This document shows positions 13,554-26,300 of a DNA stretch of 64,000 bases, piece by piece; within the stretch, counting starts at the first letter, position 1, and each line of letters opens with the position of its first letter. Source of the DNA: Phaeosaccion multiseriatum (Eukaryota > Protista > Ochrophyta, other classes); assembly GCA_965112735.1 (NCBI GenBank), contig OZ218952.1:5518001-5582000 (forward strand), in the 5' to 3' direction. Made by a program: the position numbers and the translations under genes. The notes below the pieces were generated by a model, which saw nothing but the letters and a program-made list of their open reading frames with translations, searched no databases and was not told the DNA's origin.

Positions 13554-14612
13554 TTCTTCCTTTGAATCTCCTCCGGGTCTCAATGCCCCCCACCCCTCCC
13601 ATCCGCTCACAGCTACCACTCCTCTCTCAGCGATTCCGGTGCAATGGCACACAGAGTGAGAATTAGGCGCAGCCTCCTTACAGTGGCCATGCCTGCTACT
13701 GCCGATGGCGCTGGTGCTGCCGAGGAGAAGGAGGAGGAGAAGGAGGAAGAGGAAGAGGAGAAGGAGGAGGAGGAGAAGGAGGAGAAGGAGGAGAAGGAGG
13801 AGAAGGAGGAGGAGGAGGAGGAGGAGGAGGAGGAGAAGGAGGAGGAGGAGGAGGAGGTGGTGGAGATGGAGGAGGTGGAGGAGGTACAGGAGGTACAGGA
13901 GGTGCAGGAGGAAACGAAGACCGCCAACAACCAAAGCAGCAGCTGGATGTCGTGGGCCTTCTTCAGCGCACGAGGGAAGAGAGGTAGCCACGCAGATGGG
14001 GCGGAAGAGACCAAGGAGCAGGAGGAGGAGGAGGAGGAGGAGGGGGAGGAGGAAGAAGGGGGGGCTGGCTCCCGGGGGGTCGCAGGGGGCAGCTCACCGC
14101 TACGCACTCGCTTGGCATGCGACCCTCGGCCACACACACTCAGCTCCCTCCTGACGGGGGCCAAGCTCGAGACCGACTACGGCTGCTTCGAGCTTCCCCA
14201 CGGCGCCCGGGGCGAGGATGGAGGCGACTTTGTCGGGGCGAAGATGGATAATGATGATGAGAAGGTGGAGGAGGAGGAGGAGGAGGAGGAGGAGGAGGAG
14301 GAGGAGGAGGAGGAGGAGGAGGAGGAGGAGAAGAGGGGGCGAGGGGGGGGAGGGGGAGGACCCTTGTTGCTGCCCCCTCGGCCCCGCCTTACTCGCACAG
14401 CCGCGGAGGTCTTCATCCATGATGTTCTCGCGCGTGCGCCAATCTGGAGCGACCGTCGCTTCCAGCCAGGACGTGTATCTAGACTTGCATGGAGAGGAGG
14501 ACGAGGAGGAGGAGGAAGAGGACGACGACAAGGCGAACGAGCCCCCCCCACCCCGCCCTCCTCGCGCAGCTCGGGAGATCTGAGCCGCTCAGCATCCGCA
14601 TCGTCTCTTTAG
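10288..14612 (+). CDS. RBR (RING1-IBR-RING2) E3 ubiquitin ligase with a transmembrane segment and long acidic C-terminal extension
   Basis: CGIC...CSHAFCNSC...CPGLYC; IBR CPTPGC...CPECRHSACNACGARAH; RING2 CPRCNFFIEKDGGCRHMSC...FCWTC. Hydrophobic exon at about 11830-11951; later exons are less certain. Confidence 0.8.
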
Positions 14613-14720
14613 AGGAAGTCAGTCCATGTATAGGTGTTGGTCATGTGAAAAGGACTATGGCATCTCTGTTTAGAGGGAGTCAGTCCATGTTTAGGTGTTA
14701 GTCATGTGAAAAGGACTATG
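14608..14720. repeat. Two-copy ~61-bp direct repeat
   Basis: TTTAGAGG(A/G)AGTCAGTCCATGT(A/T)TAGGTGTT(G/A)GTCATGTGAAAAGGACTATG occurs twice. Confidence 0.8.
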
Positions 14721-14982
14721 TATTTATAATTATCACATGAATGAGACAGGTACGGGCCTCCGCAAGCCGTTCCGAACCGCGCTGATCTATCGATCTGCCC
14801 ACCTTCCCCAATGTAGCTACCTCCCACAACAGATAGTCTATTGAGCAGGTACTGAATCATCGATGACAGGGAGAGGCGGCCTGGGGAGATGCCACGTCAG
14901 GCCCTCCCTCCCCCCTCTGGCTGCCCATAGCCCACACCCCTCTCGGTTGTACAGACGCGGCCGGCTTGACAATCAACAGAGC

Positions 14983-15654
14983 CTAGAGACTTTGCCTCAA
15001 CCTTTCCACCGGACCATTGTTTTGGGATACTAGTGATCCCAATAACCACCCAAGGACTGGCACTCGTAGCATCGACGCTACGCTCGCATGCTCGTAGTAT
15101 CCAGCATCCGCCACCATCTCGGCCGTTGTTTCATGCCGACGTTCCTTCTCTGGTGTTTGCACGAAGTACTGCGAAAAGGCATCGCCCACCCCATCCCACT
15201 CGATGGTTCCATCCTTGTGAATCGCATACCCAAGTTTGTTGGATGCTCCCTCAAGCTTTTTCTGAGCGGCCTGGAACAACGCCTTGTCCGTCACGTACGA
15301 GTCCACCCGACACTTGTTGCCATCCACAGTCACTTCTGTAAACGAATGGTGGACGGTCGATGGAAAGCTCCCGCCCATTCCGTCAAAGATGGAGTTAGGA
15401 ATGGGTACGGCGACAACGGTGGCATCGTCAAATCCAGCTTCGCGCAACAGATGAACGAACAAATTCGTCTTGGGCGTGCAATGCCCTCGCTTCTGCTGTA
15501 AAGTGTGCTCCGCCGTGGCCAAATCAAAGCGATTGGTAAATCCGAAGGCTACATCATCTCGCACATAATTGTGCAACGCCACGGCCAGTTCCCGGGGCGA
15601 AGAAGTGGTTGCTTGCAACGACTTGACGATCGAGTGAACAGTGCCACTGCTCAT
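14983..15654 (-). CDS. Transglutaminase-like superfamily protein, apparently intronless
   Basis: ALHNYVRDDV.FGF, RGHCTPKTNLFVHLLREAG (Cys), HHSFTEV (His), RVDSY (Asp) triad spacing. Confidence 0.8.
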   Translation of the reverse strand: MSSGTVHSIVKSLQATTSSPRELAVALHNYVRDDVAFGFTNRFDLATAEHTLQQKRGHCTPKTNLFVHLLREAGFDDATVVAVPIPNSIFDGMGGSFPSTVHHSFTEVTVDGNKCRVDSYVTDKALFQAAQKKLEGASNKLGYAIHKDGTIEWDGVGDAFSQYFVQTPEKERRHETTAEMVADAGYYEHASVASMLRVPVLGWLLGSLVSQNNGPVERLRQSL

Positions 15655-16077
15655 CGTTCTAGGCCACCAGAGAGAGAGCACAGCGAGGTAAGAGGGGAAA
15701 GGATGGCCCCAGAGGGTCACCACAGGGAGAGCACTGCGAAGGGGAGAGGAGGAGAGATGATAAATTGACTCAGCACAATCTCTGTGCTTTAAACTGAAAC
15801 TCTTTTGTTGACCTGCTACGTGCAATTCGGAAGGCTCCCTCGTCATGTCAAGTGCGCTCCGCTTGACAGACTCCACCACACTTGTGTTCGAGTGAAGGAG
15901 ATGCCAAGCTATACTGCTCTCGCCACTCCGTGCACACGGTGGCGGTAAAATATCAAATATCTCTTTCTCGGGCCTCTTTCTCCCCCTTGAGATGTTTGTC
16001 AGCTGTGATTTCGGCAGAGGACCAACTCTCACACAAAGGACACCCCGGCCGGATCGTGGGCGTTCCGTTCGCCGTTC

Positions 16078-19000
16078 ATGGCGCCCTCGTATGCGCTGTG
16101 TGAGGCGCAAGCGGAGTCTTTGGCCAATCTCAACAACTCATTTCTTCTGCTGGCACCCTCCACCACCGAAGGCGTAGGCTGCTTCGCGCTTCAGGACATT
16201 CCTGAGGGTACGCGTCCCTCTCTCTCTATCCCCTTGTCAACAGCGCTTCACACCACCTTGATCCTCTCTGTCCTTTTCTCCCGACAGGAACCTGCGTGCT
16301 AAGATGGGATTGCATGTCGATGCCGCAGGTTGAGATCCCCATGGCGGTGCTTACGGAGCGAGTGCCAGAGCCCGTGCTCCGGCAGCTCATGTGAGTACGT
16401 GAGTACGATATGAAGACTTCGCGCTATACACGCTTTGCACACTCGCACTTAACCCAATCTCATCCTCGTGCTTTGCCACTGTGTCACAGGCGGATCTGGC
16501 CCATTATAAAGAGGGCGCCAGCCCTGCCCTCAGAAGGGTCGGCTCCAATCGCCACCTTCGTCGTGTGTCCCGTCAACTTCTCAGAGAGCCTGAGCTACAT
16601 CAACTTTGTCAATCACAGCCCTTCCAACGCCAACATCCACTTCAACCCTCACACGTACCAGTACTTTGCCACCCGCGACGTGAAGGAGGGGGAAGAGCTC
16701 TTCATTGATTACAGGGATTATGCCCCATACAATATCACCTGGGAAGAGGAGTCTGACGAACAGCGAGGCCTTGTCAATAAGGCAGAAGAAGAAAAGGGTC
16801 AGAATGTATGTAGAGAGATGAAAGAAGCAGAGGAGGAAGGGGGTGAGCATGCAGGTACAGAGACGAAAGGTCAAGGTCAAGCACGTGACGAGGGCGACGG
16901 TGTCAGGGGCGGGGAAGGGGGCACCGCGAGCACAGCGAGGCCTTCACAAGGACAGGAGAAGAACCGGGGCCAGGCTGAGTGCCAGCCAGGGCCGTCCAAG
17001 GGACAGCAGAAGGGCCGGGGTCAGGCCAAGGCCCAGGCTAAGTGCCAGCCAGGGCCATCTCGCGAACAGCAGGGCAAGGGGCGGCCTGGAAAGAAGCGTA
17101 AACGGGTGCTGGAGTTCTACAGCGGCATCGGAGGTTGGAGATACGCTCTACAGCATGCAGTGGGAGTAGCTCAAGAAAGAGGAGGAGGTGGAGGGGGGGG
17201 GCAGGAGGAGGAGGAGGAGGAGGAGGAGGAGGAGGGGAAGGAGGAGGAGGAGGAGGAGGAGGAGGAGGAGGGGGAGGAGGAGGAGGAGGAGGAGGAGGAG
17301 GAGGAGGAGGAGAGGGAGGAGGAGGAGGAGGAGGAGGAGGAGGAGGAGGAGGAGGAGGGGGGAGAGCAGGAGGAGGAGCAGGAGGAAGCGGAGGAGGAGG
17401 GGAGGGAGGAGGAGGTGAAGGTCGTAGTAGTAGCTGTGGCACCACCCCCCAGCCCACGCTGCCACTCCTGGAAGAACTGTTTGAAGTCACAGCCTTCGAC
17501 ATCAACCCCGTTTGTAACGACGTGTACCACCACAACCACCCCGATGAGGACCGCCCCCGCCCGCAGAGTCTGGAGAGAATCTCCGTGGTGAGTGAGGGAC
17601 TGAGCGAGCGAGTGAGTGGATGTTGAGTGATGAGTGAGGGAAAGAGTGGGTGAGTGAGTGAGTGAGTGAGTGAGTGAGTGAGTGAGTGAGTGAGTGAGTG
17701 AGTGAGTGAGTGAGTGAGTGAGTGAGTGAGTGAGTGAGTGGGTGAGTGAGTGGGTGAGTGAGTAAGGGAATGAACATGCGTGCCTCGCTCTCTCACCTGA
17801 GCGACCCACCCTCTTTGCCCCTGGGCCCTACCCGGTTGCTTGTCCCAGGCCGCCTTGGACAGCTTTGCCGCAGACATGTGGCTCATGTCTCCTCCTTGTC
17901 AGCCCTACACACGCAGCAACACCTCAGACACGCGTAGAGACATCACCGACGGCCGCGCGGCTTCCTTCCTGCATCTCAGCCGCGCTCTAACAGATATGAA
18001 GGCGCCCCCCCGATGGCTTGCTCTGGAGAATGTCGTGGGGTTTGAGGCGTCCGCCTCGTGTGCGTTGTGGTTGCAAGCGTTGGCCAAGCGTGGCTATCGG
18101 GTGTGGCAGTTTCACCTCTCTCCAAAGCAATTCGGGGCACCTAACGACCGTCCTCGTTACTTTTGTGTCGCCGAAAGGAGAGGAGAGGGTGGGGGAGGGG
18201 GAGCAGCAGCAGGAGGAGGCGCAGGAGGAGGAGGGGGAGGCGGAGGAGGGACAGCGGGCAACTGTGGCGGCGATGGCGGCGGGGATGGTCAGGTGTTGAC
18301 CTCAATACCGGGCTGTGCCTACCACAGGCTACAAACAGCAGCGATAGACGAATATCTCATGTTGCCATCCGTCCTGCGTGGAGAGATGGGTAGCACAGTA
18401 GGCTCAGCAGCGCCGGCCGAAACGAGCAGTAATCCAGCCAGAGCGAGGTCAGAGCCGCAGCCAGATTCAGAGCAAGAGCCCGAGGAGGAACACCCCCGCG
18501 ATGGAGGGGGGGCATCTTCCAGCGAACAGCCGCATCAGCATCAGCAGAGTGTGGTAGATGTGGATCAGTACCTGGTGTCGGATACCGTGTTGGGCAAGTC
18601 CTCGTCCTGGTGCTTCGATATCGTGTCACGCCGCAGTCGACGCTCTGCGTGCTTCACCAAGGCCTATCATAAATATGTCAAGGGAACGGGGTCTGTACTG
18701 CTCATGGAGGAAGAGGACGAAGATGGGGGAGGAGAAGGAGGAGGAGGGGGAGGGAGAGAGGGAGGGAGAGAGGGAGGGAGAGGGGGAGGAGGAGGAGGAG
18801 GAGGAGGAGGAGGAGGAGGAGGAGGAGGAGAAGAAGAAGGAGGAGGAGGGGTTGGAGAAGGAGAAGGAGCAGGAGGAGGAGAAGGAGGAGGAGGAGGAGA
18901 AGGAGAAGGAGGAGGAGGAGGAGGAGGAGGAGGAGGAGAAGGAGGAGGAGGAGGAGGAGGAGGAGGAGGAGGAGGAGGAGAAGAAGGAGGAGAACCCCCC

Positions 19001-19342
19001 GGGACACCAAGCGTCTCGCTGCGTGCCAACAAGAGCAACAGTGACGAGGACGACGATGGTAATGGAGAGACGCAGGAAGATTGTCGACTCAGAGCGCCTC
19101 AGGACCGTTCCTTTGACGGGAATTTGCTTGAGCGCTACTCGGGGCGGTTACGCTATTTCAGCCCGCTGGAGCTTGCGCGTCTGCACCACTTCCCCCCTGG
19201 GTTTGGTTTCCCGGCCGGCGTGAGCGACAAGAAGAGGTGGGAGCTGTTGGGGAACGGTCTTCACGTGCTCGTGGCGGGGGAGGTGTTAAAGTTTCTCTTG
19301 TCCAGGCAAGAGGAGGAGGAGGAGGAGGAGGAGGAACGATGA
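16078..19342 (+). CDS. DNMT2: SET-domain + DNMT2/TRDMT1-type cytosine-C5 methyltransferase fusion
   Basis: SET: APSTTEGVGCFALQDIPEG, FVNHSPSNAN, TRDVKEGEELFIDY. MTase: VLEFYSGIGG, AFDIN, SPPCQPYTR, ENVVGF, PNDRPRYF, DNMT2-specific CFTKAY..GTGS, LRYFSPLELARL, LLGNGL. There is a frame change (intron or indel) within the GGA repeat at about 17180-17415. Confidence 0.8.
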
Positions 19343-19515
19343 TTAAAGGATGGCTATCTATACTTGCTGCCTTCGGAGCGACAAGATGATTAAAATGCAT
19401 TAAAGTTGGGTGAGACTGGCTGCTTCCCACGAAAGCAGGCTACGGCGCGCACGCACGCACACACGAACGACTCTCGCTCCTCTCTCGCCCGACAGAGGAC
19501 AGAGGACTGGCCGAC

Positions 19516-20809
19516 TCAGGTGCCTGTGCCTTTCTTGCCTGACTTCCTCCCACCGCTCCTTCGCGGCGTCTTCTTGGCTGAGACAGGAGGTGGGGCGGGT
19601 TTCTCTTCCTCTTCCTCTTCTTCCTCCTCCTCCTCCTCCTCCCCCTCCTCCTCCTCCTCATCATCATCATCATCATCATCATCCTCTTTCGCCTCTTTCG
19701 CCTCCTCCTCCTCCTCCTCCTCTTCCTCCTCCTCCTCCTCATCATCATCATCATCGTCTTCCTCCTCCTCCTCCTCGTACACCACTTCGGGCTCGCCACC
19801 CCCCTCCTGCTCGTCTTCCCCTCCACCCCCCCCTGTCCCTGCAGAAGAAGCTCCCATCTGACTCAGCAACAGATTCAGGCGCCCACTCAGCTGCATGAAC
19901 TTCGGAAAAGCCGTCAGCCGTCCGTCGATGATCTGATGCAGCTTGGCGAGCTTCTGATTGAGATCGGGCACACTGACAAGGTAGGACATGTGCTTCCACA
20001 ACACCGCCCTGATCCACAGGGCCAGCGCGGCCCCTCTCTGCGGTCGCTTCTCAAACTTGCCCACTAGCTTGGTTAAGAAAGGCACCACATAGACTGTCGA
20101 AAGCTTCTCCACAGTCGCCTCAATGACCGCAGGGTTTGTCACGCTGATGCAGTGCTCGAGGTGCTGAGCGTCGTCGGATTGCAAGGCTTGCTCAAGCACA
20201 CTGACCAAGCTCTTCGTCTTGGGTACCAACCCCTCTCCTCCCTCCTGCTCCAACTGCCTCCGTCGCTGCTGCTCGAGCAATTTCCTGCCCTTTATGCTCG
20301 CCGAGTCTCTCCTGTCGATCCTCTCCGATAGAGCCTCTAAGCGCTCCGCTATCGTCTTGGCCGCCTCCTCGTCCTCCTCCTCTTCATCCTCCCCCTCCCC
20401 CTCCTCCTCCTCATCCCCACCCCCGGTTTCCGAGTCGACTTTTCGTCGCTTCTTCGCACTGGAGGCATCAACCTGATCCGCTCCCATCATACCCAGATCC
20501 CCCGGCCCTGCGATGTGCTCCCCTCCCTCCACTGCCGCCGCCGCTGCGACAGGCATAGCTTTCCGCACCGAGGCACCAGCAGCTGCTGCCTCTGATTGGG
20601 GTAGTTCTACCTCTACTTGGGTCTTCATGCCTCCAGAGCCTTCTGCGGTGAAGCTGATGAGCTCGAATACAGGCGCGGAAACCGACCCATGCATCACCAT
20701 GACCTCTCTATGTGGCTTGCGCTCTCCGAAGCACGCACACAGCGCCCCCAACTGCTGTCCCTGCCCCTGCGCCTTCACTACGCACGTCACCGCTTTGCTC
20801 TTACTATTG

Positions 20810-20851
<42 letters not shown>

Positions 20852-23021
20852 GCACCCTTCTTGCCCTTCCCCTTGGTGTGACCATTCATGTGGCCGCTCC
20901 GCCCTTCGCTGCCAATTGCCTGCTGTGACCGCGTCACCACAACATCTCCGGAGTCTAGTACAGCAACAATAGTAATCACGTCTGCCGAACCAGTACCAGC
21001 AGCAGTGCCTTCCTCTTCCTCGCCGCTGGCTACGTGCAGCGAGGTTGAGGTGACATTGCCCGGCAGCGTGAATGTGTCAATCGCCTCATTGGTGTCCGCG
21101 CTGTCCATAGAACAGAGAGCAGAACGCGAGAAGAATGGGTCGGGAGGCAAAGAGAGAATAAGAGACACGAGAGAGCACACAGAATGAGAAGGATGGGTGG
21201 GAACAAGAAGAGAGAGAGACAAGGGGGGGAGGACTTGAGTCTTCGAAGCGGGGCGAGCGATTTCGTCTGGCGGCAAGAACGTGAATCATGACAAGGGCCG
21301 TGCACGAGTGGGTGGACTTGGAGAACGAGAGAAAAGAGAATACGCAGAGGATGGCAGTGGAAGGGCAACGAAGAGACAGCACAGTAACGTGAGCGCTGAG
21401 TACAGCTGTGAAAGCACTACTCCTTCGTACCTTTGACAGTAGAAGAGGTTGACGAATCGACTGTCTGGTGAGGAGGAGATGAGGAACCGCCCGTCTCTGG
21501 AGAAGCTCATACATGATATTGACGTTGAGTGTCCCCCCTGGAACTTGCGCATCTGCTCAACCAAAACCAACGACATAGACGGAGTAAGAGGGAGAAACAG
21601 ATGCGGTGAGCCACAGAGCGAAGAGCCGAAACAGGGGAGGGCAAGAAGAGCGGTAGACAGGGCGGGACACCACACACAAGGCTGCTGTCTCACGCGACAA
21701 AAAGATAAATAAGCCTTCCCCCCTGCTGAGTCAACATCAAGACACCCACTCTTCACCCAACAAGGACAGGTGGAGGTCTATGGGTCAGATCTTGCCAGCA
21801 TGAAGGGCGCGGCGTGGGTCTCCAATTGTGTGCATGTGTGTGTGTGTGTGTGTGTGTGTGCGTGCGTGGCCCTCAATCCTTCTCATGCCGTATGCTTCAT
21901 CCCGTCACCCACCTTCTTCCCTGAGCCGAGATCAATAATCTTGATGCTGGAGCTGGCCACCGCCACGGATTGTCCGCTTGGATGCACACACAGGCTCGTG
22001 GCGCCATGCTTGACACCGCGTATCCGCCTCTCCGCCTTATCGTCCCCTATGTGCCACTCAGTCACCACCTTGTCACTAGAGGCGCTCAGCACCCGGTTCC
22101 CATCTATCGAAAAAGATACTGCTGTGACGGCGGGATGTCCCCCCCCCTCCCCCAGCCGCTTCACTATCACGCCCCGCTGAAGGTTCCACACCGACACCGA
22201 GCCGGACTCTGTCCCAAGAGCGATCAAGCCCAGGGCCTTGGACGAAGGCTTGTTGCTCCCGCTGCTCCCACGCTTCCTCGTCTGCTTTCCGCCAGACAGT
22301 AAGAGGGCACCAGTTAGGGGGGGGGGGATAGAGACACCTTCCAGAGTACTTGTAGATCCGCCTCGCCCCTCTCTTGGGTGAAGGTATCAAGCAAAGGCAA
22401 AAGAAACGATACAAGGGATACACAAAGACGTAGTACTTTGGAGCGCTGAATGAGGCACTGTTACTCACCGCTGCAGGCCGATACCAGTCTATGCAGGAGT
22501 AGCGCAGCCCCAGGTGCTTGGGGTCCACGTACTGCTGCCTCAGCTCGCCCGTCGACTGCCGAGGAGAGGGAGCAAGTGGGGGAGGAGAGAGGGGTGCCAA
22601 CGGAGAGGAGACGCCAGTCAGATGTGCTCAAGGTCTCTCGCGGTGCAGAGAAGCCAATCTCTAGCAAGGAGCGGCCCAGCTACTCTCTCGCCCATGTCCG
22701 TGGACGCACACACCCCACGCCAAACCACGCAGCTCTTCTCATCCTTCACAGAGGAGGCGTCGCTGCTCGCCGATTTGCACCCCAGACCACGAGAGCTATA
22801 GTGCCTGAGAAATAGCACTTCTATCCAGCGCGACCGTCCGAAGCGAGCCCTAGCAATGCCTTCCTCTCCTCTCCAGCCCACCCACCCAAAGCAAAGGGTG
22901 TGCGAAATGGACTCACCACGTCGAAGAGGCGCAACCGACGGTCACTCGACACCGTTGCCAGTAGCGTGCCTGTGGCATCGAAGCAGCACAGACCTGTGGA
23001 TCCGGCAGCTGCAGACGCCAT
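19516..23021 (-). CDS. WDR43: WD40 + Utp12/Dip2-domain SSU processome protein (WDR43/UTP5-like)
   Basis: WD repeats (LATVSSDRRLRLFD, ALGTESGSVSVWNL, GHSTSISCMSFSRDG), then LEQALQSDD...LWIRAVLWKH...QLSGRLNLLLSQ and an acidic tail. Confidence 0.85.
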
Positions 23022-23314
23022 GCCCTCTTGGCCTCAGGCAAATGTCCTCCTGGCCTCAGGAAATCCCTGGGGGGTAATGCCAGTTGGAATGCCAGTGTGG
23101 CGGGTTTTTTGCCTCCCCCTTGAGCCAGAAGAAGCCAAAGTAAAAAAGGACTATAGGAGAAGGGCAGAGGGAGGAGGAGAGGCCGTGCTGTCGACACAAG
23201 CGCCTGTCGTGGCTTCTTGCTTGCCTTAGCGAGCACAGATGGGCAGCGGTGCGAGAGAATAGCAGAAGGACAGAGGAGACGGCCCGACGCAAGGACTGGC
23301 TTGCGATCCGGGAG

Positions 23315-26300
23315 ATGTCGGGCGAACAGGTCGATGAGTTGCCTCTGGAAGGAGAGACGGGCGGACACTCGGCAATTGAGGATGTCGCGGACGAGGGCAT
23401 CGGCGCTCTCGTGTTTGCCCTCGCCATTGGGATTGTGGTGCGGGCCTTCGTGGGCAACTACATTCCGCTGCCCTACACAGTCATCATCTTGCTGGCGGGC
23501 TGCATCGTGGGTACTGTCCTATCTTACTATTCCGATGGATTCGGGGACGACCTTGGGCTCTCTCTGAACCAAGTGAGTTGATTGATTAGCCGAAAGCCTC
23601 TTGGAGAGGGGCTGTTGAGAGTAGGCACCTCTTTCGGCCCGAGGCTTTCATATGTCTATCAATCACCGGTCAATGATAAGAAGCAGACCGTCTTGCAATC
23701 GGAGCTCAGTGTCTCTTCAACGGCGAAGCAGCCTGTAGCCCTTCGACCCTCTATTGCAACCCTCAAATATCCTCCTCCTCCTCCTCTCTCCTCACTGCAC
23801 CCCCCCCCCCTCCCCTCTGCTCCTCCAGGTTCGCTTCATGAACCCAGAGATCATCTTCTACGCTCTGCTGCCCATCCTAATCTTCGAGTCCGCGTTCTTC
23901 ACAGACGTGCACATCTTCCAGCGGGAGCTGCCGCAGGTGTGTACCGAAGCCCCGCTCGCTGCTGGGCCTCACTCTAAGGCCTCTTTCTCAGTGTGGAGGG
24001 ATGCAGTCAGTCCATTTCGCTCTACTCTGTCTACCCGTTCCTCGTGTCATGCTAGAGATGTCCCCTCTTTGACGTATTGGTTCTCCCATCGGTGGAGTGC
24101 AACCTTTTTTTTTGTTTGTTCCTCTTGACGTGCCCCCTCTCTGCCCTCTCTCTCTCTCCCTCTCTCTATTCTCTTTCTTTCTCCCTGCCCTCTCCCTCTC
24201 TCCCTTCCTCCCTCCCTCCCTTTCTTCCGTCCTCTCGCTCTACCAACAAAAGGTTCTCGTCCTGGCAGGCCCAGGAGTGGTTCTCTCCACCCTCCTCACC
24301 GCCACCTTTGTAAAATACGTCTTCCCTTATTCATGGGACTGGAACATCGCCCTCTTCTTCGGCTCCATGGCCAGCGCCACCGACCCAGTAGCAGTCGTGG
24401 CCCTGCTTAAAGAGCTGGGAGTGAGCGAGCGTCTCAACGTGCTTATCGAGGGAGAGTCTCTGATGAACGACGGTACCGCGATTGTGTTCTTTACGGTGTT
24501 CTTCAACGCCGCCACTGGTGTTGATGACAATGAGCCTGCCACGGTTGCCTCGCAGTTCGTGAGGCTGGCCCTAGGTAAGTGCGTTTGCGTTTCTTCCGCG
24601 ATGGTGTGGTGGAGGGAAGAAACGAGGGAGGGAGGGAGGGAGGAAGGGAGGAAGGGACGGAGGAAGGTTTCCTGCGACCCCCTGTGCCGTTAACCCTCTG
24701 TTTCCCTTCCCTTCCATTCCCATCCCATCCCTCCCCTCCCCCTCCCCCCCCCGCCCAGGCGGCCCTGTGGTAGGCCTGGTGGTCGGAGCTGTGGGAGCAT
24801 ACTGCATCGGCTTCTTTCTCGAGGACCCCCTCTCAGAGATTACGGCAACGGTGGTGGTGTGCTTCACTGCCTTCCTGGTGGCCGAGGCGACACCTCTGAA
24901 GGTGTCCGGCGTGCTGGCGCTTGTGTTCTGCGGCCTCTACATGTCCTTCTACGGCCGTCCCAGGATATCGCCCAGCGTGCAGGTACCACACCCTACTGAT
25001 AGGCCTCAGTTTCAGTGTCAGTTAGTGGGGATCCCCACCAACCACGCACGGCAAACACGCACGCACGCACGCACCCACCCCTTGCCATCTCTCTCTCGCT
25101 GTTCAATGCGCTGCCCTCCCTTCTGAATGACTTTTTCTGACGTTTGCCTCATATTCCTCCTTCACCTCCCTCCTCCTCCTCCTCCTCTTCCCCCCCCCCT
25201 CCTCCTCCTGCTTCTTCCTCTTCTTCTTCTTCTTCCTCCCCCCCTCCCCATCCCCATCCCTCTCCTCAGGAGCCACTGCACGCGTTTTGGTCCATGGCCG
25301 GCTACATGGCCAACACCATCATTTTCTTCATCTCAGGCCTCGTCATGGCTCAAGAGACATGGGGCAAGGACAGAGAGATCAAAGCCGAAGACTGGGCCCT
25401 CCTCATCGCCCTCTACGGCTTTGTCCACCTCGTTCGTGGCTGCATGGTGGTCATGTGCTACCCTGTGCTCAAGCGGGGTTACGGGACCGACTGGCGACAA
25501 ATGCTTGTACTTGTCTATTCGGGTCTCCGAGGTGCCGTGGGGCTTACCTTGGCGCTGATTGTGAACGAGAATGAGGCGATTCCGTTGGATGTACGGGATC
25601 GTATTATGTTTTATATGGCGGGGCTGGCGCTTATGACGCTGCTTATCAACGGGTCTACGACGGGACATTTGCTTCATTTCGTGGGGCTGGACAGTTCGAA
25701 TAAGGCGCAGACAGAGATCTTCATTCGGTGAGAAAGGAGGGGAGGGAAAGTGGGAGTGTGGAGTGGGGAAGGGATGAATGGAATGGATGGGAAATGGATA
25801 GGAGGAGAGAGAGGGAGAGAGAGAGAAAGAGAATGAGAAAGAGGGGGAGAGGGAGAGGGAGGGGAGAGAGAGGGAGAGAGAGGGAGGCAGGCGGGCCACA
25901 GCACATCACACGAGTACGAAGTGATTCAATCGCACGATCGATTGGGTGTGGGCCTGTGGGGCGACACTGAGTGTGGGCCTGTGGGGTGAGACAAGACACT
26001 CTCACCCTATGTTACTCTCGTTCTCCTCCTCCTCCTCCTCCTTTACCTCCTCCTTACCTCCTCCTTACCTCCTCCTCCTCCTCCTCCTCCTCCTCCTCCC
26101 CTCCTCCTCCTCCTCCTCCTCCTCCCCCCTCACCTCTTCCTATTCCTCCTCCTCCTCCCCTCCTCCACCCCCTCCTCCTCCTCCTCTTCCACCACCCCCT
26201 CCTCCTCCACCCCCCCCTACTCCTCCCCCAACAACCTCCTAACAGTGCCTGCTCGGCCATCGAGGCGAAGCTGGAGCACGTGGTGGAGGGTCTGAAGAAG

